A stretch of 37,422 nucleotides of DNA from NCBI GenBank assembly GCA_050247895.1, contig JBFWTJ010000003.1, forward strand, positions 1 to 37,422. Reading direction: 5' to 3'. Under the pieces are notes generated by a model. That model saw only the letters and a list, made by a program, of their open reading frames with translations. It made no database searches and was not told where the DNA came from. Positions 8,572-19,486 of this stretch are shown piece by piece. The DNA is from Acidimicrobiia bacterium. GTDB lineage: Bacteria; Actinomycetota; Acidimicrobiia; Acidimicrobiales; VFJN01. The stretch's first letter is position 1. Each line of letters begins with the position of its first letter. Position numbers and translations under genes: made by a program.

Positions 8572-9135
8572 TCAAGCATGGTCGCTCTGACCAGGGGAAT
8601 TGCCCTTCGAGTGCTCGGACCAGTCCTCGGGGTTGTCCTCCACGAAGTGGGCCACGACCGAGCCGTCGACGCCGTCGACCAGCACCAGGCCACGCTGGCG
8701 AGGCGGTTCCTCGGCCGAGTACAGCAGGATCCGCCACGTCGGGCGGGAGCGCAGGCCCCGCCAGCTCAGCTGGGCCGACGCATGGCCCACCGCGAAGCCC
8801 ACCTGCCGGCTCGCCGCCACCAGGGCGTCGCGCTCGTCGTGGTCGAGGCTCCACCCGGCCAACAGGTGGTAGGCGCCCAGCGCCACCAGCAGGACCCCGG
8901 CGAGGAGGAAGCCGCCGTTCACGTGGACGCCGCCGTCGCCCCAGGCGACCCACCCCGCCACGCACGCCGCTCCCAGCGCCAGGTAGAGGTAGCCGGGGAT
9001 CCGGCGGCGGTCGTTGTCCGGGAACACGTAGGGGCCGACGTAGCCGGCGGCGTCGAGGTCCTCGGGCAGCTCGTCGCGGACGTCCTCGTCGCGCTGCGGC
9101 CGGTCCTCGTCGAGGGGGCGATCGTCGTCGGTCAC
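8572..9135 (-). CDS. Hypothetical membrane protein
   Basis: Acidic N-terminus, two hydrophobic helices, chromosome-like codon usage. The last ~15 codons fall in lower-GC sequence. Confidence 0.75.
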   Translation of the reverse strand: MTDDDRPLDEDRPQRDEDVRDELPEDLDAAGYVGPYVFPDNDRRRIPGYLYLALGAACVAGWVAWGDGGVHVNGGFLLAGVLLVALGAYHLLAGWSLDHDERDALVAASRQVGFAVGHASAQLSWRGLRSRPTWRILLYSAEEPPRQRGLVLVDGVDGSVVAHFVEDNPEDWSEHSKGNSPGQSDHA

Positions 9136-9162
9136 GGCCCTCCGACGCTACCGGCAGCGCCC

Positions 9163-9690
9163 TCAGGCGGGCCAGGCCGCCCGGAGCCGCGCCCAGGCCT
9201 CGTCCAGGCCGACGGGCAGGACCCGCGTCTCGGCGGTCACCGACACGAAGTTGGCGTCACCGGCCCAGCGGGGCACGCAGTGCACGTGCAGGTGGTCGGA
9301 CTGGGAACCGCCCGCCGCCGGCCCCAGGTTCAGCCCCACGTTGACCCCGTCGCAGCGGAAGCCGACCCGGAGCGCGCCCACGGCGTCGCGCACCATGGCC
9401 CACAGCTCCCCGTGCTCGTCGTCGCTCAGGTCGCCCAGCTCGGCCACCGCCCGCTGGGGCAGGACCATCAGGTGGCCCGACGTGTAGGGGAACCGGTTGA
9501 GCAGCGCGAAGCAGGTCCTCCCCCGCCGCAGCACGCCCGACTCCGGGTCGCCGTCGGGTCCCGCCTCGGCCAGGATCCGCTCGAACAGCGAGCGACCGTC
9601 GACCGCCCCGCCGACCTCCACGGTCCGGCTGTCGGTCGCCCGACCCACGTACGCCGAGCGCCAGGCCGCCCACAGGTGGTCGAAGGGCAC
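9163..9690 (-). CDS. HIT domain protein (Ap4A phosphorylase-like)
   Basis: HLWAAWR, LNRFPYTSGHLMV and HLHVHCVPRW. Sits downstream of thrS, as in other actinobacteria. Confidence 0.9.
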   Translation of the reverse strand: MPFDHLWAAWRSAYVGRATDSRTVEVGGAVDGRSLFERILAEAGPDGDPESGVLRRGRTCFALLNRFPYTSGHLMVLPQRAVAELGDLSDDEHGELWAMVRDAVGALRVGFRCDGVNVGLNLGPAAGGSQSDHLHVHCVPRWAGDANFVSVTAETRVLPVGLDEAWARLRAAWPA

Positions 9691-9694
9691 CCGC

Positions 9695-11695
9695 TCAGCC
9701 CACCGGCGGGGTGGCCTCGGCCCGCAGCCGGGCCACCAGGTCGTCGACCGGCACGTCCCGCTCCGGGTCCTGCGCGCCCCGGACGTTGACCCCGACGGTG
9801 GCGTTGGCCACGTCGTGGTCGCCGACCACCAGCACGTAGGGCAGCTTGTGGAGCTTCGCCCGCCGGATGCGCGCGCCCAGCGGCTCGTCGGCCTCCAGCA
9901 CGTCGGCGCGGAACCCCTCGTCCCGTAGGCGGGCGACGACCTCAGCCGCGTAGGGCTCGTGGTCGCTGCGCACGGGCAGGACGCGGGCCTGCACCGGCGC
10001 CAGCCAGGTCGGGAACGCACCGGCGAAGTGCTCCAGGAGCACCCCGAAGAACCGCTCGACCGAGCCGAACAGCGCCCGGTGCAACATGATCGGCATGTGC
10101 CGGGCGTTGTCGGTCCCGACGTACTCCAGGCCGAACCGGGCCGCCATGTTGAAGTCGTACTGGATCGTCGAGAGCTGCCACCGCCGACCGATGGCGTCGC
10201 GCACCTTCACGTCGATCTTGGGCCCGTAGAAGGCCCCGCCGCCCTCGTCCACCTCGTAGGGCAGCCCCGTGTCCTCCAGCGCGGCCCGCAGCGCCTCGAT
10301 CGCGGTGGCCCACCCCTCGTCGGTGCCCACGCTCTTCTCCGGCGGGCGGGTCGACAGCTCGGCCTCGAAGTCCTCGAACCCGAAGGCCCGCAGCACCGAC
10401 AGCACGAAGCCCAGCAGCGACCGGATCTCGCCCGGCGCCTGCTCGGGCGTGCAGAAGATGTGGCTGTCGTCCTGGGTGAACCCCCGGATGCGCAGCAGCC
10501 CGTGGAGCGTGCCGGCTCGCTCGTAGCGGTAGACGGTGCCCAGCTCGAAGAGCCGCAGCGGCAGCTCCCGGTACGAGCGCTGCCGGCTCTTGTAGACCAG
10601 CAGGTGCATCGGGCAGTTCATCGGCGTGGGGAAGTAGACGCCGTTGTCCATCTCCATCGGCGGGTACATGCCGTCGGCGTAGAAGTCGGTGTGGCCCGAG
10701 GTGTCGAACAGCACCCGCTTGGACAGGTGGGGCGTGTAGACGAACTCGTAGCCGCCCTTGGCGTGGCGCTCGCGGCTGTAGTCCTCCATGAGGCGCCGCA
10801 CGATGGCGCCGTGCGGGTGCCACACGGCCAGGCCCCCGCCGAGCTCCTCGGGGAACGACACCAGGTCGAGCTCGACCGCGAGCTTGCGGTGGTCGCGCTT
10901 GGCCGCCTCCTCCAGCCGGTGGAGGTGCTCCTCGAGCGCGGCCCGGGTCGCCCAGGCCGTGCCGTAGATCCGCTGGAGCTGCGGGTTCTTCTCGTCGCCC
11001 CGCCAGTAGGCACCGGCCACCCGCATGAGCTTGAAGTGGCCGAGGTGCTCGCTGGTCGTGGGGACGTGGGGCCCCCGGCACAGGTCGATGAAGCCGGGGC
11101 GGCCCACGAAGGGCGGCTGGGCCTTGGGGACCGCGGGCGGGTTCTCGTAGGTCCGGACCTCGCCCGCCGCCGAGGTGCCCGACATCGGGTCCGTCGAGGC
11201 GTCGTCGATGATCTCGAGCTTGAAGGGGTGGGCGGCGAAGATCGCCCGGGCCGTGTCGGCCGGGATCTCCTCGCGGACGAAGGGCTGGCCCTCGGACATG
11301 ACCTCGCGCATCCGGGCCTCGATCCGCTCCAGGTCCTCGGGCACGAAGGTGGCCCCGTCGGGCAGCGAGAAGTCGTAGTAGAAGCCGTCCTCCACGGGCG
11401 GGCCGATGCCGAAGGTCGCGCGGGGGAAGAGGTCGAGCACGGCCTGGGCCAGGACGTGGGCCGTCGAGTGGCGGATCGTGTAGAGGCCCCGCTCGCTGTC
11501 GGCGGTGACGATCGACACCTCGGCCCCGTCGGGCAGCGGCGTGGCCAGATCGCGCTCCTCGCCGTCGACGACCGCGATCACGGCGGCCTTGGCCAGCCGG
11601 GACCCGATGGCGGCGGCGAGATCGGCCGCGGTGGAGCCGGTGGGCAGCGCCCTGGTGGAACCGTCCGGCAACCTGATCGTGATCTCGTCGGCCAT
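9695..11695 (-). CDS. thrS: Threonine--tRNA ligase
   Basis: TGS domain, RHSTAH, DLCRGPH, GAYWRGDE, PMNCP, RGFTQDDSH, GAFYGPKID, HRALFGSVERF and anticodon-binding domain. Confidence 0.97.
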   Translation of the reverse strand: MADEITIRLPDGSTRALPTGSTAADLAAAIGSRLAKAAVIAVVDGEERDLATPLPDGAEVSIVTADSERGLYTIRHSTAHVLAQAVLDLFPRATFGIGPPVEDGFYYDFSLPDGATFVPEDLERIEARMREVMSEGQPFVREEIPADTARAIFAAHPFKLEIIDDASTDPMSGTSAAGEVRTYENPPAVPKAQPPFVGRPGFIDLCRGPHVPTTSEHLGHFKLMRVAGAYWRGDEKNPQLQRIYGTAWATRAALEEHLHRLEEAAKRDHRKLAVELDLVSFPEELGGGLAVWHPHGAIVRRLMEDYSRERHAKGGYEFVYTPHLSKRVLFDTSGHTDFYADGMYPPMEMDNGVYFPTPMNCPMHLLVYKSRQRSYRELPLRLFELGTVYRYERAGTLHGLLRIRGFTQDDSHIFCTPEQAPGEIRSLLGFVLSVLRAFGFEDFEAELSTRPPEKSVGTDEGWATAIEALRAALEDTGLPYEVDEGGGAFYGPKIDVKVRDAIGRRWQLSTIQYDFNMAARFGLEYVGTDNARHMPIMLHRALFGSVERFFGVLLEHFAGAFPTWLAPVQARVLPVRSDHEPYAAEVVARLRDEGFRADVLEADEPLGARIRRAKLHKLPYVLVVGDHDVANATVGVNVRGAQDPERDVPVDDLVARLRAEATPPVG

Positions 11696-11743
11696 GGCGG
11701 CGACGTTACCGGCAGCCCCCTGGCGCCCCGGCACCGTTGCGGC

Positions 11744-12885
<1,142 letters not shown>

Positions 12886-12889
<4 letters not shown>

Positions 12890-13542
12890 TCCGGGATGCT
12901 GGTGAACTTCACCGCGACGCGGGTCTTGTAGCGGACGTTGAGCTGCAGCAGGACCGCGGTGAAGGACTCGATCGGCGTGGCCAGGGAGAGCTCCCCGCAG
13001 TCCAGCGCCCGCATGTTGGGCACCTTCGCCACCAGATCGGACGTGACCTGGATGGCGGACGGGTAGTCCGAGCAGATCAGCACGTCGCTCTCGATGGGGT
13101 GGTCGAGGTCGCCCAGCTCCTTGGCCGGGACGTGGTGCAGTGCCGCGGCGACGTGGCTGCGGGGCAGCACGGCCTGCACCGATGCCGCCACCGACCCGCG
13201 CGGCGGGACCAGCGGCTGGAACTCCTGGCCGATGCGGGTGAGCGCGTTGGCCATCGAGACGACGACCTTGCCCCGCAGCTCGCGCTCGACCGACGCCGCG
13301 GTCTGGGTGGCGCCGTCCCAGGGGGTGGCGATCACCACCAGGTCGGCCCGGGCCGCCCCGGCGTTGTCGCTCGCGGCGATGGCCAGGTCGCGGCCCGGCC
13401 ACTGCTCGAGCAGCGTGTCGACCGTCTCCATGGCCCGGTACTTCGACCGTGAGCCGATGACGGTCGAGAAGCCGACGGACGCCAACCGTGCGGCGAGGGC
13501 ACTGCCCGCCGGCCCGGTCCCACCGAGGATGCCGATCTCCAC
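12886..13542 (-). CDS. npdG: NADPH-dependent F420 reductase
   Basis: IGILGGTGPAG, IGSRS, IATPWDG, HHVPA, DVLICSD and IESFTAVLLQLNVRYK. Confidence 0.85.
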
Positions 13543-13638
13543 GCAGCGCACCGTAGCGGCGATGCACCGCCCGCCGGCAACGCGGCACGGTGGCCCCGGT
13601 CACGTAACCGGACCGCGCCACGTGGCAGTCTCAGCCGC

Positions 13639-14412
13639 ATGGGCCTCCTCGACGGCAAGAACATCCTCGTCACCGGCGTGCTGACCGACGCGTCGCTGGC
13701 CTTCGCCACGGCCCGGCTGGCCCAGGAGCAGGGCGCCCGGATCATCCTCACCGGTGCCGGGCGAGGCCTCAGCCTGACCCGGCGGGCGGCGGGGAAGCTC
13801 CCCGAGGAGGCCGAGGTGCTCGAGCTCGACGTGACCGAGCCGGCCCACGTGGCCGCCGTGCGCGAGGCCCTGGCCGAGCGGTGGGGCCGGGTCGACGGCG
13901 CCCTCCACGCCATCGGCTTCGCCCCCGAGTCGTGCCTGGGCGGGGGGTTCATGGACGCGCCGTGGGACGACGTCGCGGTGGCCCTGCGGATCTCCACCTA
14001 CTCGCTCAAGACCCTGGCCGAGGTCGTGGTGCCCCTGATGACCGAGGGCGGCTCGCTCGTCGGGCTGGACTTCGACAACGGCACGCAGGCCTGGCCGGCC
14101 TACGACTGGATGGGCGTGGCCAAGGCCGCGCTGGCCTCGACCGGCCGCTACCTGGCCCGCGACCTGGGCCCGCAGGGCATCCGGGTCAACCTCGTCGCCG
14201 CCGGTCCCGTCCGCACGCTGGCGGCGCGGTCGATCCCCGGCTTCGCCGCCTTCGAGGACGCGTGGGACGGGCGGGCGCCGCTGGGCTGGGACGTGCGGGC
14301 CGACGCCGAGGCGGTCGGACGGGCCTGCGTGGCCCTGCTGTCGGACTGGTTCCCCAAGACCACTGGCGAGGTCGTCCACGTCGACGGCGGCTTCCACGCC
14401 GTCGCGGTGTAG
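13639..14412 (+). CDS. fabI: Enoyl-ACP reductase FabI/InhA type
   Basis: ILVTGVLTDASLAF, HAIGFAP, AWPAYDWMGVAKA, AAGPVRTLAA and TTGEVVHVDGG. Confidence 0.92.
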   Translation: MGLLDGKNILVTGVLTDASLAFATARLAQEQGARIILTGAGRGLSLTRRAAGKLPEEAEVLELDVTEPAHVAAVREALAERWGRVDGALHAIGFAPESCLGGGFMDAPWDDVAVALRISTYSLKTLAEVVVPLMTEGGSLVGLDFDNGTQAWPAYDWMGVAKAALASTGRYLARDLGPQGIRVNLVAAGPVRTLAARSIPGFAAFEDAWDGRAPLGWDVRADAEAVGRACVALLSDWFPKTTGEVVHVDGGFHAVAV

Positions 14413-14428
14413 GAGCCGACCGGCCCGT

Positions 14429-15514
14429 TCAGCAGTAGCGGGCCACCGTCGGGTAGGGGTTCACCGCGGCGCCGCCGTTGGGGTGGATCTCGAAGTGCAG
14501 GTGGGGCGCGCCGCCGCTGGCGTTGCCCGTGTTGCCCACGTAGCCGATCACCGTGCCCGCCTGGACGTGCCCGGCCCCCTGGTTGGCGTAGGCCGACAGG
14601 TGCGTGCCGTAGTAGTAGTGGCCGTCGTCGCCGTAGAGGTGCCAGGACAGTCCGCCCACGGCGTTGCCCCGGTGCTCGACCCGGCCCGACACCGGCGCCA
14701 CCGTGGGGGTACCCGCGGGCGACATCATGTCGACGCCCTTGTGAGCGCGCCGGCCGCCACCGCGTGACGCACCCCAGGTGTCGCCGAAGGCCACCGACCC
14801 CTGCACCGGGCAGATCCAGGACCCCGAGGCGATGGGGGTCGACGGCGCGGACCGGCTCGACCCGCCCGACGACGTGGCGGCCGGGCCGGTGGGAGCGGCC
14901 TTGCGAGCAGCCGCGACCCGAGCGGCCTCGGCCTGGCGCCGCGCCTCCTCCTCCTTGCGCCGCCGCTCCTCCTCGGCCTTGCGCTGCCGCTCGACCTCCT
15001 CCAGCCGGGCCAGCTCCTTCTGGAGCGCGGCCTTGCGCTGGCGCAGCGACTCGGTGGCGGCCTCCTGGCGGCCCCGAGCCTCCTGGAGGACCGTCGTCGC
15101 GGCGTCGAGGTCCTCGGACAGGGCCAGGAACTCGTCGACCGCCTCCTGGTTGCCCTGGGTCGCGTAGCGGCCGAGGGACTCGGCGCGGACCTGCTCGTTC
15201 AGGTCGTCGTTGGCGAACGCCGCGGCGTCCGCGTCCCGGGCCCCGACGACGAACTGGTGCACAACCGTCTCGCGCACCACCGCCCGCAGGCCCTCGAGCC
15301 GACCGGCGACCTCGGCCGTGCGGGCCTCGAGGTCGGCGATCTCGCCCTCGATCTGGTTCAGCCGGGCCTCCGCCTGGGTGTAGTCCTCGGCGGCCCTGGT
15401 GGCGCGGCGCTTGGCCGCGGCGACGTCGCCCTCGTCCGCCGTCGCCGGTGGCGACGACACGACGGTGGTCAGGAGCACGGCCAGGGCGGCGACGATCAAC
15501 AGGATCCGGCGCAT
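14429..15514 (-). CDS. Secreted coiled-coil M23 family peptidase
   Basis: Signal peptide, long coiled coil, HKGVD and HLHFE zinc motifs. Confidence 0.9.
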   Translation of the reverse strand: MRRILLIVAALAVLLTTVVSSPPATADEGDVAAAKRRATRAAEDYTQAEARLNQIEGEIADLEARTAEVAGRLEGLRAVVRETVVHQFVVGARDADAAAFANDDLNEQVRAESLGRYATQGNQEAVDEFLALSEDLDAATTVLQEARGRQEAATESLRQRKAALQKELARLEEVERQRKAEEERRRKEEEARRQAEAARVAAARKAAPTGPAATSSGGSSRSAPSTPIASGSWICPVQGSVAFGDTWGASRGGGRRAHKGVDMMSPAGTPTVAPVSGRVEHRGNAVGGLSWHLYGDDGHYYYGTHLSAYANQGAGHVQAGTVIGYVGNTGNASGGAPHLHFEIHPNGGAAVNPYPTVARYC

Positions 15515-15650
15515 GGACGGCGAGAAGCTAGCGCGTCCCCGTCCCGTGTTGCGATCCTGTGACGAAGACCGCGCGTTCCGTCACACGAGCCACACTCGGT
15601 TAGCGTCGCCCGGCGATGGGCGCGCGCCGACCCCGAGCCGCGGTCCGCGG

Positions 15651-16463
15651 GTGACCGACGTCGTCCTCGCCCTGCGCGACGTCGCCCTGCGGCGGGACGG
15701 CAACACGATCCTGGAGCGGGTCGACCTGGAGGTGCGCGAGGGCGAGCACTGGGTCGTCCTGGGCCCCAACGGCTCGGGGAAGACCTCGATGCTGCGCATC
15801 GCCTCGCTGTGGCTGCACCCCTCCTCGGGCGAGGTGGAGGTTCTCGGGGGGCGGCTCGGCTCGGTCGACGTGCGACGGCACCGCATCGGCATCGGCCTGG
15901 CCAGCCAGGCCTTCGGCGACCTCCTGCGCGCCGACCAGCGCGCCGCCGACGTCGTCATGGCGGCGCGCAACGGGGCCCTGGAGACCTGGTGGCACACCTA
16001 CACCGAGGCCGACCGGCGTGCCGCGCTCGACCTGCTCGGACGGTTCGGCGTCGGCCACCGGGCCGATCACCTGCTGGGCACCCTCTCGTCGGGCGAGCGC
16101 CAGCGGGTGATGCTGGCCCGGGCCTTCTCGGGCTCGCCCGGCCTGGTGCTGCTCGACGAGCCGACGGCCGGCCTGGACCTGGGCGGGCGCGAGGACCTCG
16201 TCGGGCGACTGGCCGCCGTCGCCGGTGACCCGGCCGCGCCCGCCACCGTCCTGGTCACCCACCACGTGGAGGAGATCCCGGTCGGAACGACCCATGCCGC
16301 GCTGCTCCGCGACGGCAGGATCGTGGCGTCGGGACCCGCGCCCGAGGTCCTGACCGGTCCCGCCCTGGGCGAGCTCTTCGGCCTGCCGCTGGAGCTCGAC
16401 CGGCGGGGCGGCCGCTACCAGGCCTGGCGGGCCGGCGCAGCGCCGTCCGATCCGCTCAGCTGA
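15651..16463 (+). CDS. ABC transporter ATP-binding protein
   Basis: GPNGSGKT, LSSGERQR, LLDEPTAGLD and VTHHVEEI. Confidence 0.9.
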   Translation: MTDVVLALRDVALRRDGNTILERVDLEVREGEHWVVLGPNGSGKTSMLRIASLWLHPSSGEVEVLGGRLGSVDVRRHRIGIGLASQAFGDLLRADQRAADVVMAARNGALETWWHTYTEADRRAALDLLGRFGVGHRADHLLGTLSSGERQRVMLARAFSGSPGLVLLDEPTAGLDLGGREDLVGRLAAVAGDPAAPATVLVTHHVEEIPVGTTHAALLRDGRIVASGPAPEVLTGPALGELFGLPLELDRRGGRYQAWRAGAAPSDPLS

Positions 16464-16899
16464 CCGACAGGCGCGCCAGGAGGCGGGGCCGGGAGCGCTC
16501 GATCTCGTCGGCCAGCAGGCGGTCGAGCGCCGGGACCCAGAGCCGGCCCCCGTAGTGGAGGTCCATCCGCAGCAGGCAGCCCACGGGGGTCTCCGACACC
16601 GACGCCGCCAGGATCCAGGCCGAGTGCTCCCGGCCGTCGTGCTCGACCCGCTCGAAGCGGGCGTGGTGCGGCGCCTCGTGCCGGGTGCGCACCATGCGCA
16701 GGCGCTTGGCCCGGGCGAAGGGTCCCATCCGGCCCCTCAGGTCGACCGACCAGGCCGGGCCGGGATCGTCGGGGTGGGCCGCCGCCGGCTCGGCGCGGGG
16801 CACCATGTCCAACCAGCGGGGGTAGGACCCGAGGTCGTCCACCCAGCCGAAGACCTCCTCGGGAGGGAACGGCGCATCCAGCGTCGCGGTGACGTCCAC
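16456..16899 (-). CDS. SRPBCC/START-like family protein
   Basis: PPEEVFGWVDDLGSYPRWL N-terminal pattern, ~150 aa with C-terminal helix. Confidence 0.7.
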   Translation of the reverse strand: MDVTATLDAPFPPEEVFGWVDDLGSYPRWLDMVPRAEPAAAHPDDPGPAWSVDLRGRMGPFARAKRLRMVRTRHEAPHHARFERVEHDGREHSAWILAASVSETPVGCLLRMDLHYGGRLWVPALDRLLADEIERSRPRLLARLSVS

Positions 16900-16909
16900 G
16901 CCCTCGGGT

Positions 16910-18250
16910 CTAGCCGGTCGTCGACCCGCTGCGTTGCGCCACCAGGTCGTCGACCACCTTGAGGAGCGGGTACGGGTTGACCGCCGGGCCGCCGTCGGGG
17001 TGGATCTCGAAGTGCAGGTGGGGCGCGCCGCCCCGGGCGTTGCCCGTGTTGCCGACGTAGCCGACCACCGTGCCCGCCTCGACCAGGGTGCCCTCCACCA
17101 CGCCGGGCTCGAAGGCCGAGAGGTGGGCGTAGTAGTAGTACGTCCCGCTCTCGCCCTTGATCCACAGCTTCGTGCCGCCCAGGACGTCGGAGCCCATGCG
17201 GGTCACCAGGCCCCGCTCGGCCGCGTAGAGGGGCGTGCCCATCGGCGCCATGATGTCGGTGCCCTGGTGGGCGTGCTCGTAGCCGGTGCCCATCATGCGG
17301 GGGGCACCGAAGCTGTTCCCGAAGCTGTGGGGCTGGCCGACGGGGAAGACGAACCCGTGGATCACGATCTCGCTGCCGGCGGCGAACACCGACAGGTTGA
17401 ACTGGGCGTCGACGCTGGCCCGGCGGGCGTCGACCATCTCGGCCCGGGCCGAGGCCAGCGCCTTGCGGGTGGCCACGAGCCGGTCGGCCAGGTCGACCAG
17501 GCCGTCGTCGACCTGGCGGCGGGCGTCCAGGTAGTCGACCATCGCCTGGCGGTCGGCCTCGAGCACCGAGGACAGGAGGACCTCGGCGTGGGCCATCCCG
17601 TTGGGGTCGCTGGTCGCGGCGAAGGCGGCCATCGAGCCGAGGTCGCCCCGGATCAGCGCATCGGCGGCACGGGCCTCGAAGCGACGCCGGGCCGCCTCGA
17701 CCCGGCGCACCGAGGCACGGGCCTGGCCGGACATCTCGGTGATGGAGCGCTCCAGGCCGTCGAGCTGGAGCTGGAGGTCCAGGACCCGCTGCTTGGCCAG
17801 GACGTAGGAGCCCTCGAGCTGGACGGCCTCGGCCTGGGCCACCGACAGCTCGCGGCGGATGACCTCGGCGGCGTGGCGGGCGTAGGCGCTGGCCTCGGCG
17901 CCGGGCGGGGTCACCGCCGCCGGCACGGTGACGTCGGTCACCGGCACGGGCTCGGGAGGCAGCGTCTCACCCGCGCCGGGGTCGTCACCCGGGCCGGGGA
18001 CCACCGTCGTCGAGGTCGTGGTGGACGGGTCGAGCGTGGACGAGGTCGAGGTCGACGTCGGATCCGTCGTGGTCGTGCTGGTCGTGCTCGTCGTCGACGT
18101 GCCGCCCGGCTCGGTCGTCGAGGTCACCTCCGGCACCGACGACGAGGTCGAGGCCGGGTCGTCCTGGGCCGCGGCAGGCGGGATCGACGCGGCCAGGGCC
18201 ACCAGGACGGCGGCCGCGGCGATGCGGTTGCGGGGCACGGGAGACGTCAT
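16910..18250 (-). CDS. Secreted M23 family peptidase with Ser/Thr-rich linker and coiled coil
   Basis: Signal peptide, T/S-rich stretch, HQGTD, YYYYAHL and HLHFE. Confidence 0.88.
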   Translation of the reverse strand: MTSPVPRNRIAAAAVLVALAASIPPAAAQDDPASTSSSVPEVTSTTEPGGTSTTSTTSTTTTDPTSTSTSSTLDPSTTTSTTVVPGPGDDPGAGETLPPEPVPVTDVTVPAAVTPPGAEASAYARHAAEVIRRELSVAQAEAVQLEGSYVLAKQRVLDLQLQLDGLERSITEMSGQARASVRRVEAARRRFEARAADALIRGDLGSMAAFAATSDPNGMAHAEVLLSSVLEADRQAMVDYLDARRQVDDGLVDLADRLVATRKALASARAEMVDARRASVDAQFNLSVFAAGSEIVIHGFVFPVGQPHSFGNSFGAPRMMGTGYEHAHQGTDIMAPMGTPLYAAERGLVTRMGSDVLGGTKLWIKGESGTYYYYAHLSAFEPGVVEGTLVEAGTVVGYVGNTGNARGGAPHLHFEIHPDGGPAVNPYPLLKVVDDLVAQRSGSTTG

Positions 18251-18406
18251 GGGTCCGGGCGCCCGGGGCACGGGAGAGCATGACCGCCACCGCTGCTGCC
18301 CGCCCGGGTCGGTCGCAGGGTACCAACCCCACACCCCCCGACGACATCGGCCGTTCGGCCCAGATCGCCGACCCCATCGGGCAACCGGCCGGATCCGGGC
18401 GCCGGC

Positions 18407-19486
18407 TCACGCGGCGGGGTCGGGCTCCAGCGCCACGACGCCGGCGCCGTCGAGCCGGATCCGCACCTCGTCGCCCCGCTCGACCGGCGTCCCGACGTCG
18501 ACCCAGGCGTCGACCGGGGGCCCGCCCGGCGGTTCGACCCGGACCTCGCGGCGATCGCCCCGGAACACGCAACGCCGGACCCGGCCGGCGACGCCCGGAC
18601 CCTCGGGGGCGACCCGGACGGCCGACGGCCGCACCAGCACCACGTGGCGCCCGTCCCCCAGGCCGACCGCAGCGTCGCCCCAGGGTGTGCGGGCCACGCC
18701 GGCGTGCACCGCCACCTCGGCGATGTTGGCCAGCCCGAGCAGCCGGGCCGCGGCGACCGACCGGGGATCGGACCACACCTCGTCGGGCGGACCGACCCGC
18801 ACCACGCGGCCGGCGTCGACCACCGCGAGCCGGTCACCCAGGGCGAAGGCCTCGGCCTGGTCGTGGGTGACCGCGACGACGGTCTGGCCCAGCTCGCGGA
18901 ACAGCCCGGCCAGCTCGCCCACCAGGCGGTCGCGCAGGGCCCGGTCGAGCGCGCCGAAGGGCTCGTCGAGCAGCAGGACGCGCGGTTCGGGGGCCAGGGC
19001 CCGGGCCAGGGCCACCCGCTGCTGCTCGCCCCCCGACAGGGTCGACACCGCCCGGCGCCCGAAGCCGGGCAGGCCCACCAGCTCCAGCAGGTCGTCGACG
19101 CGCCGGTCCACCGCCCGGCCGCGCTGGCCCCGCATCCGCAGCCCGAAGGCCACGTTGCCGGCCACGTCGCGGTGGGGGAACAGGGCGTGGTCCTGGAACA
19201 TCAGGCCGACGCCCCTCCGGTGGGGTGCCACGCCGGCCTGGTCGACCCCACCGAGCAGGACCCGGCCGGCGTCGAGGGGCTGCAGGCCCGCCACGACCCG
19301 CAGCAGCGTGCTCTTGCCCGAGCCGCTCGCCCCCAGCACGGCCAGCACCTCGCCCGGGGCGACGACGAGGTCGACCTGGTCCAGGGCGGTCACCGCCCCG
19401 AAGCGCACCGTGGCACCCGACAGCTCGACCTGAGCCCGGGCTGGCACCCGCGCCGCCGGCGCCGCTCGGTCGCTGCGCTCCCTCAC
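18407..19486 (-). CDS. thiQ: Thiamine ABC transporter ATP-binding subunit
   Basis: GASGSGKS, FQDHALFPH, LSGGEQQR, LLDEPF and TOBE-like C-terminus. Last gene of the TPP-controlled operon. Confidence 0.85.
   Translation of the reverse strand: MRERSDRAAPAARVPARAQVELSGATVRFGAVTALDQVDLVVAPGEVLAVLGASGSGKSTLLRVVAGLQPLDAGRVLLGGVDQAGVAPHRRGVGLMFQDHALFPHRDVAGNVAFGLRMRGQRGRAVDRRVDDLLELVGLPGFGRRAVSTLSGGEQQRVALARALAPEPRVLLLDEPFGALDRALRDRLVGELAGLFRELGQTVVAVTHDQAEAFALGDRLAVVDAGRVVRVGPPDEVWSDPRSVAAARLLGLANIAEVAVHAGVARTPWGDAAVGLGDGRHVVLVRPSAVRVAPEGPGVAGRVRRCVFRGDRREVRVEPPGGPPVDAWVDVGTPVERGDEVRIRLDGAGVVALEPDPAA

Noticed and set aside
15558-15585. Inverted repeat TGTGACG...CGTCACA as a CRP/GlxR site
   Set aside because: Spacing is far longer than TGTGA-N6-TCACA, so it cannot be assigned to a regulator.
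14445-17085. High nucleotide similarity between the 3' ends of the two M23 genes, as a possible DGR template/variable repeat or gene conversion
   Set aside because: Both copies are coding and cover the conserved catalytic motif. Differences are mostly synonymous or conservative and not adenine-specific, and there is no reverse transcriptase.
18231-18406. c-di-AMP riboswitch upstream of the M23 gene; 14-bp direct repeat CGGGGCACGGGAGA (18231, 18264)
   Set aside because: No ydaO consensus elements are visible. The short GC-rich repeat has no evident function.
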